This document shows positions 38,448-50,956 of a DNA stretch of 50,956 bases, piece after piece. The first letter of the stretch is position 1. Each line of letters begins with the position of its first letter. The notes under the pieces were generated by a model that made no database searches, was not told where the DNA came from, and worked only from the letters and a program-made list of their open reading frames with translations. A program made the translations under genes and the position numbers. The stretch comes from Lama guanicoe (lineage: Eukaryota), in NCBI GenBank assembly GCA_013239625.1, contig MU053156.1, forward strand, positions 1 through 50,956, written 5' to 3'.

Positions 38448-40724
38448 ATGGGCAGTTACCTGGGCAGACCCTGCCCCTCAGCCCCACCCAGGGCACTGGG
38501 GGACCGACACCTGCCTCAAGGGCTCCACCTCCTCCAGCCTTCTCCCCGCAATCGCCAACTTCCCCGGGCCTGCCCACGTCCCCTAGCTGTCCATGAGCTG
38601 CTAGCCACTCACAGGCCAGCCTACAAGTATCCAGTGACTTTGCATACACGCTTTGTCACAGCATTTCAGAGAAGATGTTCCATGATCCCGCGGACCCAGC
38701 GCTCCTTTCTGGGCATCCTTAGCTCCATCTGCAGGCAAGGCCATCAGAGGAAGGCGGTGCTATGTGCTCAGACCTCCACGATATCCTGCAGCTTAGTCTC
38801 TTCAGTGGGCACAGTCACTGTCTACATGGTGCAGGAACAGTGACTCACCCCTAAGCTGCCCACAACACCCAGGTGTGCCCTAGACTCATGCATGGAGATG
38901 GTGTGGAGGGCCCTTGGTGAGAGTGGGAAAGGGATGGCCAAGCAGGAGAAAGACCCGGCAGTCACAGAGAAGGAGTACCAAAGGTGCCCAGATGGCACTG
39001 AGGGTGAACAATCTGAAATGAGGCACCTGTGGGTCCAGAGAGGCCTCAGTTCTTTCATTCCGAGGCCTGGGTCTCTACAGAGAAACCTCCACGCCAAGAG
39101 CTCAGAAGACAGATCCATCGAGAAACCCCAGACCTCTTGTATGAACTCCTGTCCCCAAAGAAATGCCATCAGGAGCTCATACAGCTCCACCCGAGGTTTC
39201 CCGCCAGTGCAGAGGAAGAGAGGTCCCGCACACACCTGGCTGCCCCTGAAATCCTCAAAGAAAGGGAGGGAGGAAAGCCCTTAGCCTCCCTCTGCAGCTC
39301 CAGTGGTTTCACCACGGAAGAACTGGCCTGACAGGGATGCAGAGGCATCAAGAGGGCAGAAAGGAACCTGGAGGAACACATCTGACAGTCCCAGGCCCCG
39401 AAGATGCAGGTTTCCTCTGCTGCCCCATAGGCAAGGGGAGCCCCCGAGGCTGTCCCCACCCCCTGAACTGGGTTTCTCAGTCACCGTGGGAGACAGACTT
39501 TGAGAAGGAAGCAGCGTTCTGGCACATCAACAGCATGCTATGGGGTGAGACCCAGGCAGGCCGGGCTCCCCTGCCCTCTCCGGACACTGAGGTTACCCCC
39601 AAAGGCACCATTCCACCCCTCCAGCCTCTCCTGCTGGGGGCTCCCTTTACCACCAGTGGGAGCATCTTCATATCTATGCAGGCTCTGCAGATATCCCCCA
39701 GTGACAGTACGGCCTTAGACACTCCTGATTCAGACACTGGGGTCACCACCATGGACACCAGTCCACTTTCCCAGCCTCTCCTCTCGAGGGCTCCCCCTAC
39801 CACCAGTGGGAGCAACTTCCCATCTCTGGAGGCCCCGCAGACATCCCCGGGTGACAGCATGGCCTTAGTCATCCCTGCTCCAGACACTGGGGTCACCCCC
39901 ATGGAAACCACTCCACCCTCTCAGACTCTCTGCTTGGGGGCTCCCCCCCTACCACAAGTGGGAGCACCTTCCCACCTCTGCAAGCCCTGCAGATGTCCCC
40001 CAGTGATGGCGTGGCCTTAGTCATCCTCACCAACAGCCTTTCTGCACTCAGGTTCTGTGGGCCCAACCTAACGGTGAAACTTCCTGTTAACCCTGGAACC
40101 TCTGCCCAGCCCATCTTTGCAGTCCCTGATGGGCAGCAGCATGGAGCCACCATTGGTGACAGCTCTCCCAAGTACAGAAAACAGGCAGCTCCAGCCCCAA
40201 TCTGGGACCCATTCTCTGCTCCAGCTCTGCTGGCCTTGGGCCACCCCACACAAGCATTTTCTGGTGGCTCATCATCCACAAATCCCACCCTGGACATTCG
40301 TGCCAGCACCCAGCTGATCTTTGCTGACACCTTGACTGTGTTCCCCGCTGCCTCTGCAGCTGCCACCTACATGGCCAGCGCTGTGACCAGGGCTGGAACC
40401 AATACTGGGCAGCACTGCTCAACATCTGACAGCTCAAGCCCAGCCCCATTACGGTGCAGGGTCTCAACAGCATCTAAGGGCTGTAAGAGCCAAGTGGCTG
40501 ACCTAGAGCTGTGCCACCTCTTTGCAGCTCTCAGCATTACGGGAGGAACAAAGTGGAAAATAAGCACCACACATTGCTGGGGGGGAAACATGGCACTGAA
40601 GAGCCGGGGCCCTCATCAGAGCACCCCCATGCTGACCACGGGACCCAGCACTAAGCAGCAGCCTGGATTTAGAAGCACTACTGCCCCCATCTTAAGTCCC
40701 ATCCCCAGGTGCGCACCCAGGTAG
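38448..40724 (+). pseudogene. Intronless POM121-like (POM121L2-type) retrocopy, disabled
   Basis: ATG start MGSYLGRP; family motifs RFVTAFQRR, SSFIPRPGSLQR, RNAIRSSYSSTRG, LLPHRQGEPPRLSPPPELGFSVT and DFEKEA. In-frame stops at 38841-38843 and 39282-39284; frameshifts near 39490 and 39945. Confidence 0.88.
39575..40026 (+). repeat. Three tandem 150-bp (50-aa) units inside the POM121-like copy
   Basis: gacactg(a/g)ggt recurs at 39583, 39733 and 39883; peptide DT.VT...P..Q.L...AP.TTSGS repeats. Confidence 0.95.
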
Positions 40725-41519
40725 AGCCCCTCTACTTCCAGCCCAGGGCCCAGAACCTCTCACAGCAAGGCTGGCATGTCTGTCCTGGACTCTGCTAGCA
40801 ACTCTGCCTCCGCACTGGGCACAACAAAGAGAAGCTGTGCTGTTAGGGCCCCCCATCACCTGTCCAGGGCTAGGCTGGACACAAAACTGTTGGGCCATCC
40901 ACCAAGTCATCTTCCTCCAGGTTGGGATCCACTCTCTTGGAGTCTAAGAGGCGAAAGATGACCTGAACTGATAACTTTGTAGATAGCCAGTGTCCATCTT
41001 CCTCCCAGGCTGGACTTTGTGAAGGCCCCATTTGGATGTGAAACACAAGCCCGGTTCTAACCTCTAATCCTGGAGCTCTCTGCCTGCGATCTTGTCCCCA
41101 AAGGTGGTTGATTTGAGGCTGTTGTCTAATCCCAGTGGTCAGAGTCCTCAGGACAGTACACAAAGACCCTTGTCCTGTCCCCTCCAGTCCTAGAGCAAGG
41201 GGCACACCCCTGTTGTCTACAGCTGACTCCTCCCCTTCCCCATTTCCCCCCCAGAACCCTTGTGTTGTCTTCATAACTTATAATACAGTTTTGTTCTTGT
41301 TCATTTGCATAAAAAAAATGACCAGAACTTTTCTGAATTTGGTAAAAACTAAGCCCTAATGCTTTAAGACATTTACTATACATAATAAGTTAGCTTCTAT
41401 TCCATGCATCTAAGAGCAAAGTACTGTCACTGAGACATTTAAAAATACTCATTCATTTCACTTTCTTGTAGCTTTCTTTTCTCACAAAACCCTACTTAAG
41501 AAAGGCTACTAACCACTTA

Positions 41520-43030
41520 AAAAAATACATGTTAATAAAAAAGTAGTGAAGATAGAATGAAATGCTAAAAAAGCTCAATCCCAAAGAAAAGAACAGGTGA
41601 AAGTTAGATGAGAAAGACAGAAAAGAAATAGCAAAATGGTAAATTTAAACCCAACCATAATGGGTAATTATAGTAAATGTAAAATTTTTCTATGGAATTA
41701 AAAAACAGATTTGTTTACAAAGTAAGACTTAATTACATACTGTTTATGAGCCATATGTTAACTATAAAGATACAGATATGTTAAAACTAAAAGGATGGAA
41801 TAAAATATGCATGCTAGCAATAAACAAGAAAGCAGGAGGAGCTGTATTAATACCAGAAAACTAGGTTTCAGAGCAAGGGATAATGCCCCCATGATAAAGA
41901 GGGACTCTGTATAACAACAAGAGAGAAAAGAGTGAATTCATCAGGAAGGCATAATCTCAAATGTGCATGCTACTATAATAACAGAATTCAAAATACTTGA
42001 AGCAGAAATTCTCAGAATGAAAAGGAGAAATGAATAAATCCACTGTTTCCCGTGGAGATTTCATAATTGATGGATCAAATGGAAAGAAATTAAGTGAGGA
42101 TACAGAAAACTTGAACTGTACTATGAAACAGCTTGGCCTGAGTGCTCTTTTCAGAGTACTCCACCCCACAACTACAGAATTCACATTTTTAAAGTTTACA
42201 TGGAATATTCATCAAAATAGAAAGACGGATCATAAGATAAATTTTCTAAGTTTTAAAGGACTGAAATAATACAGACTATAGTCTCTGACCCTAACAGAGT
42301 TAAATTAGAAAACATTAACTGAAACATATATGAAAAGCCTCTAGATACTTGGAAATTCAAATACTGAGTGCCCCCATGGGTCAAAAGAGAAATTACAGGA
42401 GAAATTAGGAAATATTTTGAAATTAAAGGAAATGAAAACATTAACTTCTGTGAGATGGTGCTAAAGCAATACTTAGAGAGGAATCAGAGATTTAAAAGCT
42501 TGTATGAGAAAATAAAAAGATCTACAATCAGTGACTGAACCTCCACTTTTAATAAAGAGGAAGCTAGTGGAAAAAGACTTAATACAAACAACAGAGAAAA
42601 ATTAACAAAACCCAAAGCCCTTATTTTGAAAATGTGGGGAAAAAAATGTAACACTGCTAGCTAACCTGATAATCAAAACACAAAGGACAGAAAAAGGAAG
42701 GCACAGATTACCAGGATCAGGATAGGTTATCACTACAAATCCTACATATATTAAAGGATTATGAGAGAATCTTAAAATAACTTTGTAACAGAAAATTAAC
42801 CAAAACTAACACTAAAAGAAATAGAAAACCTAAAATACCTCTGCTTTCTTTTTTACAAAATTGACTTTGTAATTATTAAAGTTTTTTCCAGAAAGAAAAC
42901 CCTGGGCATGATGGCTACATGGGTGAATCTACCAATCATTTATGGAAGAAACATGAGCAATCCTACTTAAGTTCTTTCAGAAAATAGAGGAGAGAACAGG
43001 TCTCAAGTTACTTTATGAGGCTTTCATTAG
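41520..43030 (+). mobile_element. LINE-1 ORF2 fragment (endonuclease region onward)
   Basis: ggagatttcataat (GDFN-like), RVLHPTTTEFTF, gtctctgaccctaacag (SDHN-like). Confidence 0.85.
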
Positions 43031-43034
43031 CCCT

Positions 43035-43510
43035 GGAGATTAAACTAACAAAAGACAGATGAATAAGACAAAAACAGTTTCTTACCAAGTACAGCAGGCA
43101 TACATGTGGGAGAAACTCAATGATGAGTAACTCAGGGAGGTGTGTGGAATGTGGGGACATATGTACCATCTTAGACTAAGCAAAGCAAAGGGTGCTTGTG
43201 GTTTCTCATGAGGCATAGGTTATGGAACGTGACTGGGAAATGTACAGTAAATGGGGGTTTAGTAGGGCTCATGATGCAGATTTAAGTCTGTGCTTTCTCC
43301 ACTGGTAAGAGCTGTTAAAAGCTGTCCTCTTCTTCCAGGTACTGGAGAGGGAGACATCTTTAAAAATGGAAATTTCCTTTGCAAAAAAAAAAAAGTATGC
43401 TTTAATTTTACATCTTTTCTTATGTCTGCTGTTCCTCAATTGCCTTCAGCTCAAAATAATCCTTATGCCAAAGAGATATATTTTGGAGTAGCATATTCTG
43501 GTCCCCTTCA
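43035..43510 (-). mobile_element. ERV1-class LTR (MER4/MER34 group-like)
   Basis: Ends ctcaaaataatccttatgccaaagag...atattctggtccccttca, which is TGAAGGGGACCAG on the minus strand. Confidence 0.7.
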
Positions 43511-43580
43511 AGCCATCTGAATCTTTGTCTTACTTTTGCCTTTTTCCCTTATTAAATTATCAGTCTCAATTTTGAGTAGT

Positions 43581-43740
43581 GGGGGGAGGGCATAGCTCAG
43601 TGGTAGAGTACATGCTTATTAGCATGCATGAGATCATGGGTTTGATCCCAGTACCTCCTTTAAATAATAAAAAAAAAAAAAAAAAAAACCAAAAACCTAA
43701 TTACCTTCCCCCAAAAAAACAAAACAAACAAAAACTCCAA
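43581..43740 (+). mobile_element. tRNA-derived SINE (camelid Vic-1-like)
   Basis: A and B boxes; TSD aattttgagtagt (43568-43580) / aatttttagtagt (43741-43753). Confidence 0.92.
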
Positions 43741-45039
43741 AATTTTTAGTAGTTTGTCATGTATTAAGAATTAGTTCTTTAGCTGCAATTTTTTTTCAAT
43801 TGCAAATATTTATTTTTCTATTTACTGTTTGTCTCTTAACTTTCCTTAGGATTTTTCTTTTTTTTCTTTGTGAAATTTTTTAATGCACTAATCTTTTTTA
43901 TTACCTATAGGTTTTGAGATATAGCCCCAGGTTATTAATAATTCATACTATTAGTCCTTAGATGGCTTCATTTTTTTACTTCTAGATCTCAATCTGTTTG
44001 GAATTGAACCTGGTATGTGTTGAGAGAAATAAATGCAGTTTTATATTTTTTCTCATATTTTTGCCTTCATTCTTGAAGAATGTTCAACACAGTCATAAAC
44101 AACTCAATTTACCAAATATATAGAAGACTACCCCACAAATACTGAAAACACATATAAGCAACTCCACCAAGTTCTTCAACCATTACATTCCAGAAGTAAC
44201 ACAAAGAGAATCCCTGAATGCTTTAAAACACAGAATCCTTATACACACACTCACAAAATATCCATGAAAATACACTCATCACACTCAGAAAAAAAACAAA
44301 ACACAAAAACACCAACAATATATTGGAAAGTATATTAGATTTAACCAGAGAAAAACCTAAAAACATCTTCAAACATGAAGATAGATTGCATTAGTATTTA
44401 CCTGCACAACACATACCCGAAAAGATTTGACTGCAACAGATCACAATGGTCTCCTAGGGGAAAGAGGCTTGGGATGACAGGGGAAAAGAGATGGGAGGAC
44501 TCACCACGGCATATTCCACTTCACACCGTTTCACCTGGAACCATGCAAAGATACTACCTGTTCAAATGTTATATTAAAATAATTTAAAAGGTAAAAAAAT
44601 AGTATTTAACAATATATTGAGAAACAAAAAGGAGTGATTTCTGTTCTTTGACACGTGGGCTGCATGACCATTTGTTGATGGACTGGGGCTTTCCAGCAGA
44701 AAGGATCATTAGTGAGGCTGGTCCTGCTGGATATTGGCTGGAGCACAAGGACTGCTTCCTTAGTGCTGTGCATACAGAATGAACAGCCCAGATCTGCTGA
44801 GACAATCCTAATTTCAAACACTTGGTTTCATGCGGCCATAAACACCCACGTGTTTATCAGACTCTAAGCTCTAAATTTTTTCAAGTCTACTTTCTGTTTA
44901 AGTCAGTGAAGAGCCAGGAAGGAAACAAAGTGGGTTCAGGGACACAAAACTACGCCGGTGGACAAAGAAATGAAAGAGAACATGAAGTAAAATCTTCATG
45001 CTATGAATCTAAAAAACAACTTAAAAATTGCCTAAAGAC

Positions 45040-46281
45040 TTAAACAAAAGGCAAGTCACTATAAACCTATAAAAGAAAACACAGGCAAAACAGTATCTGA
45101 CATACATCTCAGCAATGTTCTCCTAGGGCAGTCTACCTAAGCAAAGGAAATAAAAGCAAAAATAAACAAGTGGGACTTAAACTTACCAGCTTTTGCACAG
45201 CAAAGGAAACCATAAGCAAAACAAAGAGAGAACCTACGGAATGGAAGAAAATATTTGCAAAAGATGAGACTGACAAAGACTCAATTTCTAAAATATATAA
45301 ACACCTCATATGACTTAATAAGAAAAAGACAAACAACCCAATCCAAAAATGGGCAGAAGAACTGAACAAGCTACTCTCCAATAAAGACATACAAATGGTC
45401 AATCGGAATATGAAAAAACACTCAATATCGCTAATTATCAGAGAAATGCAAATGAAAAGTACAATGAGGTATCACCTCACACCAGTCAGAATGGCCATCA
45501 CTGAAAAGTCGACAGATGATAAATGGCAGAGAGGCTGCGGAGAAAAGAGACCCCTCCTAAACTGTTGGTGGGAATGCAGTTTGGTGCAGCCATTACCAAA
45601 ATCACTATGAAGATTACTCAAAAGACTAAAAACAGACTTACCATATGATCGAGCAATCCCACTCCTGGGCATATATCCAGATGAGCTCTAATTTGAAAAG
45701 ATACCAGCACCCCAATGTTCATAGCAGCACTATATACAATAGCCAGGACATGGAAACAACCGAAACGTCCACCAACAGATGACTGGATAAAGAAGTTGTG
45801 GTGTATGTATACAATGTATTATTACTCAGCCATAAAAAAGAATAAAATAATGCCATTTGCAGCAACATGGATAGACTTGGAGGTTGTCATATTAAGTGAA
45901 GTAACCAGAAACAGAAAGAAAAATGCCATATGGTGTCACTCATATGTGGAAGCTTAAAAAAAAAATGGTGCGAACGAATTTATTTACAAAACCGAAACAG
46001 ACTCACAGACAAAGAAAACAAACTTACGGTTATGAGGGGAAGGGAGTGGGAAGGGATAAACTGGAAGTTTGAGATCTGCAATACTGACTGGTATATATAA
46101 TACAGACAAACAAGTTTATACTGTACAGCATAGGGAATTATATTCGATATCTTGTAGCTTATGGTGAACAATATGAATATGAATATATGCATATCCACGT
46201 GTAACTGAAGTTGTACACCAGAAATTGACACAACATAGTAAACTGACTATACTTTATAAAAACACTTAAAAACAATTAACT
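45040..46281 (+). mobile_element. Young 5'-truncated LINE-1 (ORF2 C-terminus and 3' UTR)
   Basis: [32 protein letters not shown]; perfect 15-bp TSD aaattgcctaaagac at 45025-45039 and 46282-46296. Confidence 0.95.
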
Positions 46282-46681
46282 AAATTGCCTAAAGACCCAT
46301 ACATGAGTTATGTTGCCTCTCTGTAATGTGGAGGGAACTTCTGGAATAAGATGTTTTTCTGTAATAAATGGGACCCCAGAACAGGAAGCCCATACGGCTC
46401 TCCCCTGCCTGGAAGGCCTGGCATTCCGGGGGGCCCACTAGGGACTGCGGGCAATGCAGGACCACAGGAAGGAGAGGATAGGGGCCTGGAGGGAAGGGAA
46501 GGACACACAGCTGGGAATAAGGCCCAGGAGGACAGCAGGAGTGCTGTAGTGCCTGTACTTTGATTGGAGTCCTGGAGACATCCCCCCTCTTGCCCCCCAG
46601 TGCCATCATCCCACTGCCCAGCCCTCCTTCCCCCTCAGTCCTGTATACGGGGCCAGTCACTGTCCACCTCCCTCCCACCAG

Positions 46682-47411
46682 CTGCTGCATAAACGACTCC
46701 TGGACCTGAAGGAGGAGTTGGGTGTGCAGGCACCCACCAGTCACAGTGCATCTCATTTGGACTCAAGTACTTGTGAGTATGATGTCAGCCAAGATGACCT
46801 GAAGCATGATCAAGGCCCCCAGCTAGGGGTCAGAGATGAATATGGCCAACCAGAGATTGATTTCAAGGAACTTAAAAGGCGTTATCGAACAGACAGTGGC
46901 CTGTTCAGGCCCAAACCCTTTATTCTCTCTCCAGGACATCAGGGTTTCCCTCCATCCTGGGCTGGACAGCCCCTCTCTCCTCCCCAGGGTCAAAGGTGCA
47001 CTGCACCAAGCCTGGGACCCAGGGATGCCTCATATCTCAGAGAGACCTCTCCTGCTAGGAAGGCCCCAGGACCAGGGGATGTGTCTAGTGAGGATAAGGA
47101 GGAGCCCCCAAGCCTGGACTTTATCTTGGCCTCTCAGAGCTCTGCCCCAGAGTCCTTGAGACTCGTCTACCCTGAAGGTCAGGGGGTTTCCCAGGCCCCT
47201 CCCCTCAGAGAATCAGCATCAGCCCAGCTCCTCTACCAGCTGCCAAGTCTAGGACACGGGTTCTGAGTGGAGGCCAGGTGTCTGCTGAGAAGATCTATGG
47301 GAGGCCAGCCTGACTCTGGCGCTGGTTCACCCCTCACAGCCAAAAAAGAAGAGATGTGGCCCATCTGTCAAAGGGAGCAGCAGTAGGAGAAAGAGGCACT
47401 GTAGCCAGTAG
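46682..47411 (+). pseudogene. NUT family (NUTM2-like) terminal exon, frameshifted
   Basis: Acceptor cctccctcccaccag| then LLHKRLLDLKEE...HLDSS...EEPPSLDFILASQ; after frameshifts PAAKSRTRVLSGGQVSAEK and PSQPKKKRC...RKRHCSQ-TAG (47409-47411), matching the NUTM C-terminus. Confidence 0.88.
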
Positions 47412-47647
47412 GAAACAGTGCGCTAGCCCTCCAGTGCCTAGCACCCTGAGGGCTGACAGGGGAGCTTAGTGGCTCCTCCTCATCCAGTGCTGATCTTGGG
47501 TGATGCAGGGGGCAGGGAGGGAGGGCAGGCGGGGAGGGTGAGACCATCAGGGGCAGGTTGGAGGGGAGTGGGGAGTTAAAGGGTGGGGGAGGTGGGTCTG
47601 GGTGGCTGTGGGTGGGAGCAGCACCGTGGAGGGATGTGTAAAATGTG

Positions 47648-47653
47648 AATAAA
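47648..47653 (+). terminator. AATAAA polyadenylation signal of the NUTM2-like exon
   Basis: About 240 nt after the stop codon, followed by T/GT-rich sequence. Confidence 0.65.
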
Positions 47654-48379
47654 AACAATTTTGTTCGGAAATGTTCTCAGACCACTGTAGTCTTATTCAT
47701 ATCTGCCCTGCTTCACAGAGAGGGGTCCTGAGAGGGAGGATGAGGAGGTCCCAGGAGCTATGGATCCACAGGTGGCCGACTAGATCTTCCTCAGCATTGA
47801 CACGGGGTCCTCAGATGCTCCTGGGAGCCCCCAACTCTCACTGTCCCCAGGAATCCCACATTGTCCTCTTCTCTCAACCCTGATTGGCCACGGACCTGTG
47901 GGGCATCCCATCATCATCTGCATCCCTGAACAAACTAGGGATGGAGAGCTGTTTTCATGTCTTTCGGGCCTCTGGACACTCAATAGTTCTCTAGAATGGA
48001 GCCTGGAGACAGCCCTGGTCTTTCGGGAGCTTCTCTCTGCTTCCCTGCAGCAGCCGGATGGCAGGCCAGGGCTTCCTGTCTGGGTGTCCTGACCAGAGAA
48101 GAGCCTGGGCCTGAGGGACAGGACTTCTTGACTCTCTGCCCCATTGCAGAGAGAGCCTCCTCTAGTCTCCTGGGACTCCTGCAACCTGGGGAGTGGTGCA
48201 GGCACCTCCCTCTTAATCCCAAGGACACAAGGGGAATGGGCTGAGAGGAAGTTCATGGGGTACCAGTTAAAGGTGTGTAAAAGGGGAATGAAAGCAGGCA
48301 CTGCTGTGGGATTTGTGGGATTTCTGTGTGGGAGCATCTTGTCCAGCTGAGGGTTTCTAAGGTGCTGGGGTTTGAGTGC

Positions 48380-50240
48380 TGATCTGGGCACTGGTTAGTT
48401 TGCATGCATGTGTTTAGTCTGTGAAAATTTACCAACCTGTAAGCTTGTAATATGTGCACTGTTCTGCATATATATTACACTTCAATTAAAGTCAAAAGTT
48501 AAAAAGCAATAAAACTTTAAAGTATAACATAAAAAGGAGAGAAGCAGAAAAGAGAAATTATCACAAAACTGAGAATAGTGGTCACCTCTAGAAGGGGATT
48601 TGGTAAGACATTTCTAAGGAACTGACAATGTTCTATTCTACAATTTGCACAATAATTACATTATTCATTTCTTTTTTTAAAAGGTATGTTTTACATTTGC
48701 TTAAATATGTCAAAATGAAATTAGAAGTGGTAAAAAAAATACTCCAATAAATGTAAAAACAAGTAAAATAAATACCTAGAAATGTATGTTATCAAGAAGA
48801 AATAGAAAATGTAAAATCATGTAACCATTTGTTAAAAAGTTTTTGAATCAGTAGTTTAACATGTTCCCATCAAAACTACACAAACAAAATCCAAGTTCAG
48901 ACCGCTTTACAAACAATTTCTACCGAACTTTAAAGGACTCAATCATTCCAATTTTACAGGAACAGAAACAGTATACAAAAAAAGAAGGAACATCTCCTAA
49001 TTTTGTAAGGATGGTTAATTTTGCTACCAAACCCAGAGGAGAGCCTGAGAAAGGAAACACCAAGGCCCACGTCATTCATGAACACAAGGGGACAACCCCA
49101 AGCACCTACGAGCAAACCAAAGCCAGGGGCAGACGACAGCGATGGTCCCTCACAACCACGCTGGGCTTAACCCCAGGAACACAAAACTGATTCAGCATTA
49201 GAGAAGCCTTTTAATGTTATCTGAAATTTGGAACAGATTAAAGAAGAAAAATCACATGAAAATTTCGAGAGAAGCAGTGAAAAAGCATTGCAGAAATTCA
49301 ACCACCATGCAGGATTTTAAAAAACTCTGAAAAACTAGAAAATAAAAAATGAGTAAGAAAAACTACACTAACACCAAAAAGAATGGACAACCCTTCTCAT
49401 TCAATTGAAGCTTTACTTTCAACATCAGCAATGCCCACTCTCACCACTGGAAACAAAACGACAGGAAACAAAAAAAAAAGTGTAAGTGACTAAAATAAAC
49501 AAAATTGTCATGATTTTCAGATGATATGCTTGTCCTAAAAGAATTCCTGCAAAATTTATTGGAATAAGACTTTACTACAGAAAAGAAAAAACCCATGCCC
49601 TCCCCTTTCCACTCTCTGTCCTTTTAATCACGTTCTGGTTTTCTTCACAGCACCTACGGGTAGCTGAAGCATCATGTGTGCAGGGCAGTCCGCCTTCCCC
49701 GCTGAGAGCAAACTCCTGCAAGCGCTGGGGCTGGGTCTGGTCCCCAAGCTGCTCCAGTGCCCGCAAAGTGGCCAGTGCCCAGGGTATTCATGTTTGTTCA
49801 GTAAGTTAACCTGCAGTCTCATTATGGTTTAAAATATAATCACTTACCATCCCCTCCCCTCAAAACACCCACACATCACTTGCCCACAGCAACTTTACCC
49901 CTTTGTACCCAAGAGAAGTGAAAATATATGTCTACTTAAGAACTTAAATGAATGTTCATTGCAGAATCATTCACAACAGACAAAAACTGGAGACATTCCA
50001 AATGTCCATAATCCAGTGAAGCATCCAATTAATTACTGTTTGATGACAAAAAGCAACATAACTACTTGTCCTAGCAATAACATGGACGAATCTCAAAATA
50101 TTATAAGAAAACACTAGATAAAAAACTTTTTGGAATGATGAAAATGTTCTAAAACTGTGGTGATGAATGCACAACTCTGTAAATCTGCAGTGAACTGAAC
50201 ATTTACATTTTATACTATGTTGATATAGTTGTCTTAAAGT
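48380..50240 (+). mobile_element. Scattered old LINE-1 fragments
   Basis: aagaagaaatagaaaat, aaattcaaccaccat, ttttcagatgatatg, catggacgaatctcaaaata; a unique stretch at about 49570-49870. Confidence 0.6.
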
Positions 50241-50956
50241 AGAAAACAAGGGACAGCCTCCTGTTGCTTGCTGTTTGGTCAATTTTTTAAAACTCAGTAT
50301 GGTATAAAGAGAGGGATGAGCATTTTAAAGGACCTTGTAACATGAATTAATGAAGTCCAAACTGCAAGATGTGGGACCCCGAGAGTTAGCAGCTGCTGCA
50401 GTCTCAAACTCTCCCCCTAAGCCCAGCCCCTCCAGCCTGCCTTAAAGGCAATTCTCAGAGTCTGCACTGGACCCCACCACCAGCAACCCCCCAGCACCCG
50501 GGCAGGAGGCTCTGGGAGGACCTGGGCTTGGAGACACAAACCCATCAGTGCCAGCACTAAATGCAAAGCACAGCGAAAAAGTTTGAAATTTGTGTAGAAG
50601 ATTCTGACTGGCTGAAAAAGAAACTTTCTTTTCTGGGTTAGGATGTGCCATCAACTTTTTTATTTCTCAACCACAGCTTTATGTCTTACAACAGACTATG
50701 TAATTCTTAAATAGGGGGGACAATCATGTTTCAGCTTCAAAGTCTCAAAATTATTTTATGGGACATATGTAACAAAAAGAAAAGGATCTGCTAACTCCAA
50801 GAACTGCTCAGAGATCGTTTAATCTTCCTTTAATAACAATAAAAAGAGTAACTTACTTTAAAAATAGGTTTGTGCATGAGCCACCTCTATCAGTTTTCCA
50901 AAGGCAGAAAAATAGGCAGTCACTTAAAATTAAATGATTTATGAATAAACTCTGGG

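Noticed and set aside
39575..40026. CRISPR-like array
   Set aside because: Eukaryotic DNA; units are homologous along their whole length with no unique spacers.
38822..40591. Long minus-strand ORFs
   Set aside because: Antisense shadows of the GC-rich POM121-like sequence.
47780..48391. 203-aa minus-strand ORF
   Set aside because: Non-ATG start, no domain, and it lies in the GC-rich flank of the NUTM2-like segment.

Overview
Mammalian genomic DNA, very probably camelid (four tRNA-derived SINEs of camelid type plus cetartiodactyl-type L1 3' ends). I see no intact, recognisable protein-coding gene. The left end is a CpG-island promoter with a pure (GCC)12/(CGG)12 tract and a minus-strand first-exon donor; the gene is not identified and continues left of the window. 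The rest is repeat-rich (L1, L2, MIR, LTRs, hAT and piggyBac fossils). It holds three plus-strand gene relics: a SNORA70-intron-RPL10 retrocopy of a partly processed RNA, an intronless disabled POM121-like copy with a 3x150-bp internal repeat, and an orphan NUTM2-like last intron plus last exon. L1 orientation bias and a few splice-bounded segments hint at a long minus-strand non-coding transcript antisense to all three, but this is inference only. Family names come from recalled consensus sequences, no searches were run, and most repeat boundaries are approximate.
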